Source: Cycas panzhihuaensis (taxonomy: Eukaryota > Plantae > Cycadophyta). From it: a stretch of 64,000 nucleotides of DNA. Positions within the stretch are counted from its first letter, which is position 1, and the number at the start of each line of letters is the position of its first letter. A program made the position numbers and the translations under genes. The notes beneath the pieces are model-generated. The model searched no databases, was not told where the DNA came from, and worked only from the letters and a program-made list of their open reading frames with translations. The DNA lies in assembly GCA_023213395.1 (NCBI GenBank), contig CM041465.1, positions 196,981,741 through 197,045,740 on the forward strand, read 5' to 3'. Shown piece after piece: positions 1-14,263 of the stretch.

Positions 1-229
1 TGAATACATAAGGCCTTAAGGCATTTATATTCTCCCAAGAGGTGTCATTCGATTAGGGTTGTGACCCTTCGAATAAGTCGTGCCTTTTTGGCTTCACACC
101 TTTTCATTTGATTAAACCACATTAACATTAACTAAGTGGCTTATTAGTTAACTACCACTTTAACATCCCCCCTTAATGTGAATGTGGGGAGCCTACCAAC
201 TGTAACAACTATGTTATCACAAGGTTGGG

Positions 230-3200
230 ATTATCTTGCGGCTTCTTTATCCTTGTCGATACATCTCCCCTCAAGAATAACATTGGTGAGTCCAAGTCTG
301 GTACGCATCTTTGTGAATTGATCTTTAGTGAGAGGTTTGGCGAACACGTCTGCAAGCTGGAATTCACTTGGACAGTAGTTGGCCTGCAACTTTCCTGATT
401 TGATCTGTTCATGAATGTAATGGTGCTGAATCTCAATGTGCTTCGTACATGCATGAAACTCTGGATTCTTTGATAGGCAAATGGTACTTTGGTTATCAAC
501 AAAGATAACCAGGTGTCCATTTGAAACTCCAAGAGACCCGCACTTGCACTGAGTCCTTGATATTCAGTCTTTGTAGAAGAGAGTGCCACTGTCTGCTGCT
601 ATTTCGACTGCCACGAAACAAATCCATTGCCAACACCAAACAAGTATCCAACAGTGGACTTCTGATTGTCGGAATCTCCTCCCTAGTCAGCATCCGTGCA
701 GCCATGCAATTGTATCTCTTCACCTCGACGGTATTCGAGACCAAGATTGATAGTCCCCTTCAAATACTTTAGAATCCGCTTCACTGCAACTAAATGAGGT
801 TCTTGAGGATTCTGCATGTAGTGGGAAATCAACTCGACAACATATGCAATATTAGGCTTGGTATGGGTCAAATAGATCAGACTCCCTACCAACTGGCGAT
901 ACTTTGTGCCATCTACAGAGGGCTTGGCCATATCCTTTTGCAACTTAGCGCCTTTTACACATGGTGTTGCAATTGGTTTACAATTTTGCATTCCAGATTT
1001 CTCTAGGAAGTTCTTCACATACTGAGACTGCAGCAACACAATCCTGTCATTCATCTGCCTGACCTGAATGCCCAAGAAGTAGTGAAGTCTTCCAAGGTCA
1101 GTCATGTCAAATGAAGCTCCCAGATTGCATTTGATTTTAGCATTAGCCTTGCCACAGTTACCGCCAATGACCAAATCATCCACATACACCACACAAACTA
1201 CTATTGAAGTCCCTGTTCTCTTCACATATAGATTCGGGTCGAGTTCAAAAATCTCGAAACCTTCAGCTTTCAACTTCGCATCCATCTTCTCATACCAAGC
1301 ATGGGGTGCTTATTTTAGGCCATAGATCGACTTCTTCAAACGACACACAAGATGCTCTTGGCTATCCTTAACGAATCTTAGAGGCTGTGACATATATATT
1401 TTCTTCTTTAGATCTCTATTAAGGAATGCGGACTTTATGTTCATTTGATGTAACTCCCAACTATAAGTTGCTGTTAAGGAAATCAACAATTGGATTGTTG
1501 TCATTTTGGACACCGGTGCAAATGTCTCCTCATCGTCAATTTCTTCTTTCTGCTTGAATCCCTACGCAACAAGTCTGGCCTTAAACTTGTCCATCTCTCC
1601 GTCGGAGCGAAACTTTGTCTTGTAGATCCACTTGCATCCTAAAAGATTCTTTGTTGGAGGTAGTGGAACTAAATCCCACCTGTCATTCTTCAGCAGAGAA
1701 CTATACTCCTCCTCCATTGCAACTCTCCATCTTGGATCTCCTTTCGCTTTATCAAACGAATAAGGATCAACAGAGTCATTGGTGTCTACCAGTAGAGTTC
1801 GACTGGCATGTTGACTTCGTGTTCTTCGATCATTAGTTAAGGTTTGCATCGCCACACCGGAATCTTCTATAGTCTTCCTTGCACATAACGGTATTGAAGG
1901 AACCGTTGTTGGAGCTACTTCAACTCGTGACGGCTCCTCACTATTACACGTCCTACTTGATCCTACTTCCTTAGGTGTTTCAGCGATTGGCTCATTGTCC
2001 TCTTCGCTTGATGAATCTAGGAATGGGAAAAGCGGGGGTAAAACGACTTCTCTGATGACCTGTTAGCATGATGTGTCGATGTCTCATCAAATTTGACATC
2101 CTGACTATTCACAATCTTTTCCCCCTGTGGATCCCATAGTTTGTAGGCTTTGTTTTCCGTGCAATACTCGATGAATATGCACTTTAGACTTTTCTAATCT
2201 AGCTTCTTTCAGGTATTACCTGGGATGTAGGCGTACGCGATACACCTAAGCGTTCTTAAATGGCTAATGACAGGTTTACGACCGATCCATTTCTCTTCGG
2301 GGGTCATGCTGCGAATTGCTTGAGTGGGTACTCGATTCAAAATATAAATAGCAGTCGCCATAGCTTCTGCCCAAAATTTCGGTGACAGGTTTTGAGCATG
2401 CACCATACATATCGCCATCTCCATCATAGTACGATTCTTTCTTTCAACAACTCTGTTCTGTTGTGGGGTATACGTGACCATAAATTTTTGCTTTATACCA
2501 TGATCGCAACAGAACTGATTGAATGCATTGTTGTCGTATTCCTTGCCATTATCACTTCTTAACAACTTTATTTTCTTATCAGATTCATTTTCAACCATCG
2601 CTTTTTGGTCACGAAAGCGATCAAACACGTCTAACTTGTTCTCGAGGAAGTAAACCTAGGCTTTCTTAGTGTAGTCATCCACAAATACAAGTGTATAATG
2701 AGCTCCAGATATCGAAGGGTTAGGAAGAGGGCCCATTAGATCTGAATGTACAAGCTCCAGCTTCTTCTTGGCTCTCTAAGCATTATCTCAAGCAAAAGGG
2801 TAGCGGTGGTGCTTGCCATACATACACTCTTCGCACACACCATCTGAGCAAGTAACCGATGGCAATCCTTCCACCATCTTCAACAGTGCAATACTCCTGT
2901 AATTAAGGTGACCGAGGCGGTTGTGCTACAATTTACTCACGTCATCCACGCTGGCAACAAAGGCATAGGACCTTTTCTGAGACTAAAATTTTTCAAACAC
3001 CTAGAAGTTGTCCTTGACTTTCCTAATAGCTATGATAGCAAAGTTCTGTTTCGGATCCTTAATCAGGCATTTGTCATTGTAAAGCAGAAACTTCACTGAT
3101 ACCTTCTACCGACAAGACGTGAGTATCATCAAAGGACTATCTAAGCACCACTCCGATTTGAAGTCATCGTATCAAAGTTCCACCTCTGGTAAGAAATATG

Positions 3201-4089
3201 CCTCTGCGCTCCAAAGTCAAGCACCCAATAATCTCTCTGATCTGATTCGGCTGATAAGGTTTTTGCTCGGACACAGTGAGCAACAATGTTTTTCCCTTTA
3301 TCATCTTGGTTGACTTTGCACTTGTCATGACGCTTGAACCAACAGTTCTGCTCGCGATGACCATCCTTCTTGCAGTAATTGTATTTCTTGTTGAACTTCT
3401 TTTTGTCTTGAGAACTTTCTCCTGACCTCTGTGTGATCTTCTCCTTCTTAGTGGCCTCCTTTTTCTGAGTTTTCATGGCTAAGGCTTGACTTGAACTTGA
3501 ACCTCCAAGCATACCATGATGTTTGAGCTTGGCATCTTCTGCTAGAATCAGATTTTTAAGCCCATTAAATGTCTCTACTTCCATCACTTCATCTCTACCA
3601 TAAATGGTTTGGAATGTGGTGAAAGAAGCCAGCAATTTCGACATGATTATTGCAAATAGCAACACATCATCGATCGAGTTTGGCTTCAGTTGTTCTAGCT
3701 TATTCTTCAAGTCGGTAATCTTGTTAAGGTAGGAGTTGATGTTGTTTTTATCCTCCACACGCGAGTTGAGTAATTCCAACATCAGTGCTAGATGTTTATT
3801 TGTCTACTTCTTTTCAAATGTATCACAATTTTTTCCATATCTCTATTGGTTCGTCAAAATTGTGAACCAACACTCTTTGGTCTGGCGCCAGTGACAGTTT
3901 CAACAGTCTCACTGCCATAAATTGCTTCTCTTTGAGACGAATTTGCTCCTTATGGTCTAATGGAATCGCGTCCACTTTCGCCTTAGTGATTCCCCAAAGT
4001 TGATTCACCATCAGAATAAGTTCCATATTGGCCTTCCACTTGCTGAAATTGTTACCATTGAAGATAACTTTGGGCATAATGCGCTCCAT
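230..4089 (-). pseudogene. E1 gag-pol polyprotein, broken by stops and frameshifts
   Basis: Gag FNGNNFSKWK (3823-4089); zinc knuckle YCKKDGHREQNC and protease WVLDFGAQRH (3141-3782); integrase LRSDNGKEY...TPQQNRVVERKNR (2209-2628); RT CKWIYKTK, VYVDDL, YRQLVGSLIYL (683-1855). Confidence 0.93.
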
Positions 4090-4253
4090 CTCGAGAAACG
4101 GGCTTCAATATGGGTTAAACAACACCAAAATGAATGTTTGTAGGACAAAATTGCATTGAAGATAACTTTGGGCATAATGCGCTCCATCTCGAGAAACGAG
4201 CTTCAATATGGGTTAAACAACACCAAAATGAACGCTTGTAGGACAAAATTGCA
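4056..4253. repeat. 98-bp tandem duplication spanning the E1 gag start
   Basis: CATTGAAGATAACTTTGGGCATAATGCGCTCCATCTCGAG... occurs at 4056 and again at 4154. Confidence 0.9.
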
Positions 4254-5742
4254 CCCCTGTGTCCTCCTCTGCCTCATGAGCACGCTTCCAAAGGCATCCA
4301 ACACCGACTATACCCACGTTAAGTGAGCCTTTGACTGTTTACGCCTCTTCTGTGATCAAATGGGCTTAAAATACCCTAGGAGTAAAAAATGACCCTTAAA
4401 GCACTCAAAACGATACTCTAGGAACAAAGGATGGCTCCACACGGTTATTGTGCACGGTCTCCAAGTCAAAAACACAAAAAATCCCCTCGATTCGTGCTCC
4501 CAACAGACCAAAAACACTCCAAATAGCCTCACGAGGGGTCTAGAATGCTTTAATTACTTTACACTTATGGAAAAATATCATATCAATGGTTTTCAAAGGT
4601 TCTTTTTATATTTTAAAGTTGAGGGGAATATGCCAAAGGGCATATTACCAACTAATGCAATTTTTCAAAAACACTCATGCCTTTTAAGTTACACCTACGT
4701 GCTTAAAATAAAAGGCACAAGATATACAATATTTACTAAGTATTAAACCTTAGTAAATATTCTCAAAAGTCGCCAACCAAAAGTCGCAATGGACGTGACA
4801 AGGGGTGCGGCTGCAGTGTCTCCCACGAACTTCACGCGGACTAGCGGGTCAATACTCAGCTGTACGACTAGTAAATAGCCTCCACACAGCCCTGCAGTCA
4901 TTTAGGAGCGACCAACCACCACTCTAGTAGCACCCAGTGATGAGAAAAGACACCCAGCCAAAGATTAGGATGCCCAATTGCGAGGAAATGCGCCCAACCA
5001 CCTTAGATCAGTGCCCAATCACTAAGGACAACGCCCAACCATCATTAAATGGACCCAGAACAGCAACAAATCGGCCTAGCCAGCTCTCAAACATGCCTAG
5101 GCATGTTAATAAATACCTGACCAGCCTCTATATGGCTGTTCTAGGCTTTATTTATGCACGCAAGTCTCTAAAACTGTCAAATATATAGAAAAATTCAATA
5201 AAACAACATTCTACTGCTGTAAACTTCAATCCAACACTTGTACTCAAACAGAAAACCACCAATACTGGCTTCAATCACGTCTATAGGTGCTATACGGAGG
5301 TTTGGCAACAAGCAGTATGCAAAAACAACCTTGTTTTATCGATTTTTTTGATATTTTGATGAAAAGTATAAAGGACTTACTTGTACAAAGATGTGGTTAT
5401 TCTCAAAGTCGCCAAATCACCATCAGTACGCGCTCTGCTGGCTTAAATCTTTGCAATAGATCTTCAGCCGACTTCGGATGACCCTCAATGAGCCAACTCC
5501 AACCACAAACGTGGACTTCACACCAGAATATTGACTCCAATAACCCTTATACTCTGTTTGAATAATGATTTTCACTGCTTCAACTGCCACTGATACACTG
5601 TGCTTGCTTGTGCACGTTGTCGGGGTTGATGGACCCTCAAGACTCGTCTTGGGATAGATGAAGTTACCTGGCAACCAACAATCACATCGCTTTGCTTCAA
5701 CATCAGGCCTTAGCTGTGTAGGACCCTACAGCTCTGATACCA

Positions 5743-6118
5743 TGTTCGGGAACATGAAATCATACACAAATGTTCCCAATCGCAGAATCTTTTATCATAC
5801 ACATCTAGCAAACAAATATACAGATAGGAAACAGATGTACAATACACAGGATTTACGTGGGAAAACCCTTTCGGGAAAAAACCCACTACAAAAGGATCCT
5901 TGATGGATCTCTTAGATTATTGTACAATGGATTGATACAATGATTTTGGATGTTGAATACACAAGGCCTAAAGGCATTTATATTCTCCCAAGAGGTGTCA
6001 CTCGATTAAGGTTGTAACCCTTCGAATAGGGCGCACCTTTTTGGCTTCATGCCTTTTCACTTGATTAAACCACATTAACATTAACTAAGTGGCTTAATAA
6101 TTAACTGCCACGTTAACA
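5743..6118 (-). repeat. 5' LTR of E1 (376 bp, TG...CA)
   Basis: Starts TGTTCGGG directly after the PBS and ends GTTAACA; direct repeat of 1-165. Confidence 0.92.
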
Positions 6119-9100
6119 CTTTGTAAAGATGAATCAAGCCCAAGAAGTGAGCATATTTGGAGAGTCGATCCACGACGACCAAGATTATTGATTTGCCTCC
6201 TGACTTGGGTAATCCTCCAATGAAGTCCATGGAAATATCAACCCAAGGTTGGGTAGGCAAGGGCAATGGTTGGAGCAACCCGATGTGGCTATTGTTTCCC
6301 CTTTTTGTTGTTGTCAAATGTCACATTCAGCTACGAACTTTTGGATATCGTGCTTCATACCTGTCTAGTAGAAAATTTGAGCAACCCTTTCATAAGTCCT
6401 TAGAAACCCTAAATGTCTAATTGTAGGTGAAGCATGTACCTCTGTTAAAATTTGTAATTTGGAAGTGGAACTTGGAATGATGACAATTCAACCTTTATAA
6501 TGGGGAAATTGGCCATCCCATGTGTAAATAGGTTTGTGATTTGCTGCTAAGTGCAATTGTTGAATAAGATTTTGAGTTTAGGTATCCATTTGTTATTCCT
6601 TCTGGATGCTTTACAACCATTCGGGGATGGGAGATGACATGGCTTGGAGGGCGGCTTGGTCTTCAAATCATCGAGGGAGAGCATCTGCCACCACATTCTC
6701 TTTGCCTTTCTTGTAGATAATTTCATAATCATATCCAAGTAACTTGGTGACCCACTGTTGCTGCTCAGGTGTTGAGACACTCTACTTTAAGAGGTATTTG
6801 AGGCTCACATGATTTGTTTGATAATAACGTGGCGTCCAATGAGATAAGGTCAGCATTGGTTTATGGCATAGAGGATGACAAGCATTTCCTTTTTATATGT
6901 GCATTGTGCAAGATTTTTGTCAGACAAGGCATGACTTGTTAAGGCCAAGGGTTGCCCCTCCTACACTAGAATTCCACCAATTCCTGTACTTGAAGCATCG
7001 TTCTCAATAATAAATAGTTTTGAAAAATATGGCATGGCAAGAATTGGAGTGGTGCACATGGCTTATTTGAGGAGAGTGAATGTCTCCTATGTTGTTGGAG
7101 TCCATTGGAATGCTTGTTTTTTTACTAGGGTTGTGAGGGGTGTTGCGATTTTTTCGTAGTCACAAACAAACCTCCTATAGTAGCTTGTGAGTCCTAGGAA
7201 CCCTCTAAGGCTTTGCAATGTTTTAGGAAGTGGCCAGTTCACCATATCTTTTATTTTTTTGGGATCAACCTTGACACCATCAATGGACACAATGTATTCC
7301 AAATATTCCACTTCGGTTTTGGATCATTTGGCAAAAAGGTGATTATTGCGGAGGACCTGGAATGTCCTATCCAAGTGTTGGAGGTGTTCCTTCCAATAGT
7401 GACTATATAGACCAAAATGTCATCAAAGAAGACCAATAAAAGCTTGTGAAAATATGGTTGGAGAATCTGGTTCATCAGACTCTAAAATGTGGATGGAGCA
7501 TTTGTGAGGCCAAACGATATGACCAAGAATTCGTAGTGCCATTCATGTGTGCGAAATGCTATCTTTGGAATGTCTTCCTCTCGAAGATGAATTTGGTGAT
7601 ACCTTGATTTGAGGTCTAGCGTAGAAAAGAATCAGGCTCCCTATAACTCGTTGAGCAACTCTTCAATAACCAGAATGGTAAACTTGTCTTTCATTGTCAC
7701 CTTGTTAAGGGCTCTGAAATCTATACACATTCTCCATGAGCTGTCTTTCTTTCACACCAAGATCACAAGAGTAATAAGGGCTTGTGCTTCGTCGGATGAC
7801 CCCTGTTTGTAGCATTTCATCTACCAATTTCTCAATCTTTGTCATTTGGAGGTAAGGTTATGGATATGGTCTAATGTTTGGTGGCTGACTTCCTGTAAGC
7901 AATTGAATGGCATGGTCATGTGGTCGATGAGGAGGAAGTCTATTTGGTGTGTCGAATAGATGCTCATGTTTGGTTAATAGTTCTTGAAGTTCTTATAGTA
8001 TGATAGGTTCTATATTATGAGCTACTGTTAAGAAGTAAAGTTGGGCCATCATTCCATAAGATCCTTTTTGTATGAGCTTCTCCATACGATGGGAACTAAT
8101 AAATAGTGCAGGACTTGCTTGGAGCCCCTATAATGTATAATGGCGTTCATCTACAGTGAATTGCATCCACAATTGTTGGCAATCCCATAGAATTGGACCT
8201 TAGGTACGTAACCATTATGTGCCCAACACCACATCACATCCCCCTAAAGAGACTGCATACATATCTATTTTTATATAATAATCTCCCATGCTAATTTTGA
8301 CATTGTGACATTTACCTTTGCAAGCCAGTTTTCCTCTGTTAGTGATTATTACTTCAAAATTATTGTATGAATATACAAAACAATCTATCAACTTGGCAAT
8401 CTTAGTGTCTATGAAGTTGTGCTTTCTAAGTCTATGAGGACGATCATCCTTAGTCCTTTGAAATGGTCTTTGATTTTCATAGTCTGAGGGGTATTAAGGC
8501 TAGCCAATGCATGCAGTGAAATTTCGAACATTAGTTCCTCCTGGTAATTTGTGTCTTCATGAGTTGCTTCTTCCTCTTGGACCTCGACAAATTCTTCACA
8601 TGCAGGTTTATCATGGAGGTTAGCATCCAAAACGTACAGTCGTTGTTCTTTACATTGGTGATCGAGACTAGATTTCTCATCACTGTTGTAGTAGAGTCCT
8701 TATTGCCTATATTTGCACATCTTTTTTAGAGTAAGTCATTTGACCTACCATGTTTGAAGAAGTTGTAGTTGGTAGTTTTCCTGATGGTGGATTCTGAAAT
8801 GGTAAGCGATTTTGATGCCAATGTGCCATGACCTGATTTTTGGCTAGTCTTACCAACCCTGTTGTTTTTGACATGGTCTTTGGATTGAACATTTTGACTT
8901 CTGCCTATAAATCCTCCTTTAAGCCACTGATGAAGCAACTTATGAAAAAAAGGCTCTGTCATACTGGTAGTTTGATTTGTAACTTTTTCAAATTTTGTCT
9001 GGTATGCTCGAACTGAATGTACTCGTTTAAGTTTTGTCAATGCTCTTGTAAAGTCTTTGTAAGTGCTTGGCCCAAATCTTACTAGTAGTTGGGTATAGAA

Positions 9101-9563
9101 GTCATTCCAAGTGGGTGTTCCTATAGTTCGTTCCATCCATTGATACCATTGGATGGCCTCATGTTCCAAGTGGAAGGAGGCGAGCATGACCTTTTGAGTA
9201 TCTAGTATTTAATGTAGTTGGAAGTATTGTTCAACTTTGTAAATCCAACTAGTTGGATACTCGCAATCAAACCTTGGAAAATCAATTTTGGTCGCAAAAT
9301 GCTTGGCATTTGACTGGTGGTTTGCATGGGCCCCTTTGGGGCATAGGACTATTGGCTGTGGATGCTAGTCAATTTTGCATGTTGTGTCGTTTGTTGTAAT
9401 TGTAGGAATGTTGATAGTTTGGCATCCATCCCCGTTAACATGTTGCGTAGATCATGAATGTCCTTGGTCATAATATCAACAGTGTCCATTTTTTTTGAAT
9501 GACTCTGATTTCATCGACTGTGAATTCTATCGAGGAGTCTTGAGATCATCTTTCGGCCACCAT
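6119..9563 (-). mobile_element. Ty3/gypsy (chromovirus-like) element E2, decayed gag-pol, interrupted in integrase by E1
   Basis: Retrotransposon gag ASFHLEHEAIQWYQW (8726-9187); ISLHAL...VLIDLES protease region (8409-8630); RT LVFFDDILVY and LRGFLGLTSYYRRF (7087-7475); integrase [16 protein letters not shown]...[12 protein letters not shown] ending at the E1 LTR. Confidence 0.9.
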
Positions 9564-10339
9564 GTTACTTTTAATTTGTTGCAGACTATAGGTTGAAATT
9601 CCTCCTGAATGCCACATAGAACTATATTTGTTTTGTTCCGTATGAGTTCTTGTTTTGATGCAATTTTGTAGAAGCCAAAGCGGGATGTAGATAAAAAAAA
9701 GAGTTCCTAATCTAGGTATAAGGAGTGTTTGGTCTATAGGCCCTTTGATATGCTAGTCCCAATCGTAAATAGTATCAACTGTAGAGGCTAACGCTCTACC
9801 CTACAGTTGTACTACCCCATCTCTAGGGTATTTGGAGAGTAACTTCTTAGGGCTAACCGCTTACTAATGCATTATAGATGACAGGCACTGAAGGCTTTCT
9901 ATCTAGGGTTGGTTCAACAATATCTATAAGGGTCTTTCGATATACACAAGGTACGTGGAAGCTCAATACTGTGTCAACCACTATCTAAAGCTTGGAATGC
10001 ATTCCTTCACACGCAAGTGTGTTGGGCTAAGAATGACTGCATGCTGGGATTGTTATAGACCCTTGGTACAGGGCCTCTAGCCTAATAAAAAAGGTAGGTG
10101 CCAAGCACAATTATCTACCCTTGACATCTATAGAAATGAGAGGAAGAAAGAGAAGGATGAAAATGAAGATTGTTAAATGAGAAGCTGTCGTTGAAATCTT
10201 CACTTGTAGCTTGAAATAACCTACCACTATCACTACTTTCTGATCACCAAGATCCCAAGTGAGCGAGTTGAGAGCATACGGTAGGTAATTGCGGAAGGCC
10301 ACTTAAAAAGGAGATTTTAAATTGGGAGGAAGTTTTCTT

Positions 10340-12075
10340 TCAAGTAGTATTTTTAGTCCTCTCTCACTTGTGGCCCAAGCGTTGATGCCACAAAGTTACT
10401 GAACCAATGGCACCTATTGTTGCCACTGTATCCTGTCCGGTTACAACCTCTCCAATCAACTTATACAAATTTTCTTCACATTTCTCGGCCTTCATCACTA
10501 CTAGAGCTCCCTTAGAGACCTTTAAACAACCTTTCTCACTACTGTATTTATAGCCCAACTCATCGAACTTACCCAAAGACGTCAAATTCTTCTTCAGTGC
10601 TGGAACATGGTGAGCTCTCTAAATGGTAGAAACAACTCCATCGTATATCTTCAACTTTCCTTCTCCTTCTCTCACAACCTTACATGAGTTATCATTTGGC
10701 CATGTAGACTATGTGTGCATCATGACTGGTATGAGGAGAATCAGTCCCTATGTGGGGTCATATGGAATGAAGCCCTTGAATCCAATAGCCATATGTGTGG
10801 CAATTGTTCTCAAGAGTTTGCTAAAAGCAATTCACCATCTTCTTGTGATCTAGAATTTTCAATTATGTTTGAGCTTTGCGAATTGGTTTTTCTTGCTTTT
10901 GCTTTCAATACCCTACAATCCTTCTTGAGATGTCTGGACTTTCCACAATGCCAACATTTTCCTCCTTTTTTGCATGTTAGACTTCGACCTGGAATGAGAT
11001 TCTACTCGATTGAGGTCTTTTCATGGTCCTACACCTTACAAATAGGGCATCACTGGAAGACCCACTTTAAGATGTCTTCTGCCTCGATTCCTCTTCCAAC
11101 AATGTGACCAACACATCGTCGTAAACAATGGTCTTGGAAGGATTTGCATTGCTGAGTGTCATCACTAGCTTGTCCTGTGAGTTCGGTAGTGAACAACGTA
11201 GGGCTGCAACCCTATCTTCCTCCTCAATCTTCACTTCCACTGAACTTAGCTTGTTAATCAGTGTGTTGAGCTCGTTCAAATGGTGTGCAACTGGTGTTCC
11301 ATCCTTCATTCTCAGATTGTACAACTGTCTCTGCAAAAAATTCCTATTTGATAATGACTTTGTTTCATAGAGCTTATTGAGTTTATTGCAAAGCCCCTTC
11401 ATTGTTGTCTCCTCTGCTACATTGAATAGAACTGAATCGGCTAGGGATAGGTGAATATCTGCCTTAACTTTCGCATCTATAACGTCCCAATCTTCTACAG
11501 ACGTTGTTGTAAGTGTGGTTGTCAAACCCTTAAGGTCTAAAGCACAACTATTTTTAACCATTGCTTGGATCTTCAGTTTCCATAGAGCAAAGTTTGATCT
11601 ATCCAACTTCTCTATCTCAAATCTAGTCTTACGCATTTTCGACTTCTTGCTATCGTGTGCACAACCATGAGAGAAATAAACTCTCAGCTCTGATACAAAT
11701 TGAAAGACAACAATAATAATGCACAAACACTAAACAAGCAATGAAGCCTGGAGAGAGTACAAGAGAACAACATAGATTTTTACATGGAAAACCCTGGCAG
11801 AGTGCCAAGGTAAAAAACGACTAGGCAAAGATCTTTCCTTTATTAGCAACAAGATCAAAAGTACATTTCTTGTTCATCTCAATATAACAGCTTGATTGGA
11901 CTTACATAAGAAAAACACCAACTCCAAAATTGTGCTAAAAAGCTACGCCAAAAAGCTGCACCACAAAGTTGCGCTAAAAAAAGTTGTGCCAAAAAGCAAA
12001 AAGGTGCAAGGAGAATTTTACACATTAGTTGTATAGTCATCATGTTGGTAACTAGAATTGGCTTCACATCCAACA
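10340..12075 (-). mobile_element. 3'-truncated Tnt1/Tork-like copia element E3 (5' LTR, PBS, gag, protease, GAG-pre-integrase only)
   Basis: Gag FEIEKLDRSNFALWKLK (11067-11726); CCHC knuckle near 10930-10960; LWHQRLGH at ~10370; PBS rc GCTCTGATACAA at 11687-11698; probable LTR 11701-12075 (TGAAAG...CCAACA), end approximate. Confidence 0.85.
11926..11998. repeat. Degenerate ~13-bp tandem repeat (AAAAAGYTGYGCC-like, ~5 copies) inside the E3 LTR
   Basis: aaaattgtgct aaaaagctacgcc aaaaagctgcacc acaaagttgcgct aaaaaaagttgtgcc aaaaagc. Confidence 0.7.
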
Positions 12076-12449
12076 CTCAGTCTTAAATCTATTGAGGATT
12101 TTTTGAGTAACTCCCCCCTAAGGTACTATTTGATTCATTTCTCTTAAGTGAGTCCATCAAAAGATGTAGAGAACTCGGTAAGATGATCTCTAATTAGATG
12201 ATAATCCCTCCTAAGAAGGATATGAAGAGAAAGGATATTCCAACAAAAGGAATGATTGATGGTATTTGTATGTGGTTATCACTAATGTCCAAAGTGGTGT
12301 TCGGGTAGAAGAAGAACAAGAAAATGGAACTGATTAATGTTTATATAAGTTATTTAATCTAGAAAAAGAGGTCGTATGCGATTGGGTTGTGGTTGTAAGT
12401 TTGACTTTGATTTCCTAATTGATGAGATTATAGAAGTGGAAGAACTTGT

Positions 12450-13495
12450 AGATGGCGAGCTACCGAGTATATATTATGCTACAATTAATTCGGCTCTTAA
12501 CCATCTAGCTTGAGGGAACATCTATTAAGTCAGGTATGCTTGTATAGTTCAACTACTCCCATATTTAGTAGTCCAATTACTCAAATTTATTATTATGAAA
12601 TAATAAATAAGTTTTTTTGTGTCATAGAAAGAGCATTTAAGGAGCCCCAAAGGATCAATGAAGATGCGAGGGGCTAGTTGGAGGCAAAATAAAGGTTTTT
12701 TACTTGTTTCATGACTATTCCATGATATGGTTGCATGGGTATCAATGTTTTGCTTTCTACTTAACTCAATTTTCCCAAGATTGAATGTGTTTTCTAGAGA
12801 TTGTCAACAAATTTCTTCAATTTAAGCTTTGCTTACACCCAAAAGGGTAGAAGGCACCACACCATTGCAGGTGGGATATTGGGAAGTGAATTCGTGGCAA
12901 GAGATCCGTAAAACAGGAAATGAGGGCAAGATGTTTAACCTCAAGAAAACCCCTAAAAGATATTACAATTTGGATGGGTTGATAAACAACTATATAGAGG
13001 TCATACATATGTCTTGCCAAGTGCGCATGCCTAGATGCATTGGACATATAAGACTGGGTATGGCTAGCAGAGATTCGAATTGCTTCGGTAGAGTTCAGTA
13101 TGTCCAACTTAAAGAGTGATGAGCGTGATCTCTTTGTTCAAGTTTAGGGGAAGGGAGCATTCACCTCGTAAGGGATGTAATCAAGTTCAAGAAGAGGAGG
13201 ACCCAAGTGCAGGGGAAAACTATTGAACTTTCATTCGAACTCCCAGAGTCACATCCATCCACAAAAAGACTAAAGAATTCCTACCAAAAGAGGTTGGGGG
13301 AGATTAGAGGAGATTAAAAATAACTTAGGGGGATAAACTCCTATTGCAAACACAGGTAATGATGGCCAAGTTGTTGAGAACATTGTAAAAAATGGACCTC
13401 CATTCCATTAGGGACAGGCAATATAGCAAGAAAGGGACATGGTCTTGTATTAGAGTGAACATGACGATCAAGCTTAAGAATAAGATGGTGTTGGG
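12450..13495 (+). pseudogene. N-terminal part of a decayed ORF antisense to E7 (continues at 31743)
   Basis: Protein-like frame YLFHDYSMIWLHGYQCFAFYLTQFSQD*MCFLEIV at ~12700, plus ORF 12829-13119. Confidence 0.4.
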
Positions 13496-13500
13496 CTAGG

Positions 13501-14086
13501 TGTTGGTTCAAAATCTAGTACTCATGTCGTTTTGGACCATGGAAAAGTAGGAGCACATGCTTATTTTGATATGAGGAATGCAAGAACACACCATTAAAGG
13601 ACTGCATGTGGGAATGTGTGGTAGAAAATAGTGAAGAAAGCCAAGGAACAACTCTCAAGAATGAATATTAGGATACATTCCCAAAAAGAATGCACGCAGA
13701 TTAGAATGCATGCGAAATGCACATGCAAAATCGAGTCGTATATTCCAAACATGATGAAATCATCATTGACATACATACATACGATTGTACGGACATAATG
13801 TATGGTAATTGAGTGATTGTAATGAGAAATTAAGTGGAAAGGTACTTTTGTTATGAAAAGGAATGGTTGTGACCATAAGTCATAACCATTCCTCTAAAAG
13901 GCATGTAATTTGGTATTTATTAGGGCTTGTTCCACCATTTTGGAATGAGAGTCGGGTTACTTGATCTAATGATACATTCCCAAGTGTATAGGAATAATTA
14001 TTGAAGCATATGTTATGATTCATGTTAGGATGTGTCCATACAGAGTATTTTGTGCATATTGACTATTTCATGTGAATGTGTATTGG

Positions 14087-14132
<46 letters not shown>

Positions 14133-14263
14133 AATAATGATGTTATGATAATTGTATGAGCAAATGATAACGTGACTATGTTGACCAAGCCCTAACCAGA
14201 CTATCAACTAGTGACCCCTTGACACATGTATTCTCATAAGGGTAGTGAGAAGTAAAGTCAACA
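13501..14263 (+). repeat. 5' LTR of E4 (contains (TA)n at 14089-14127)
   Basis: TGTTGG...GTCAACA; aligns with 30932-31737. Confidence 0.9.

Larger units (their letters stand above)
1..6118 (-). mobile_element. Ty1/copia LTR retrotransposon E1 (decayed; 3' LTR cut by window edge)
   Basis: LTR copies at 1-165 and 5743-6118; 1-165 aligns to 5954-6118 with about 16 mismatches by eye. tRNA-iMet PBS (rc GCTCTGATACCA) at 5731-5742 and PPT (rc TCCCCCCTTAA) at 166-176. Domains run gag-PR-INT-RT-RH on the minus strand. Confidence 0.95.

Noticed and set aside
12108-12122. ACTCCCCCCTAA as the PPT of E7
   Set aside because: The position is plausible, but I could not find a matching LTR pair, so it is not called as a feature.
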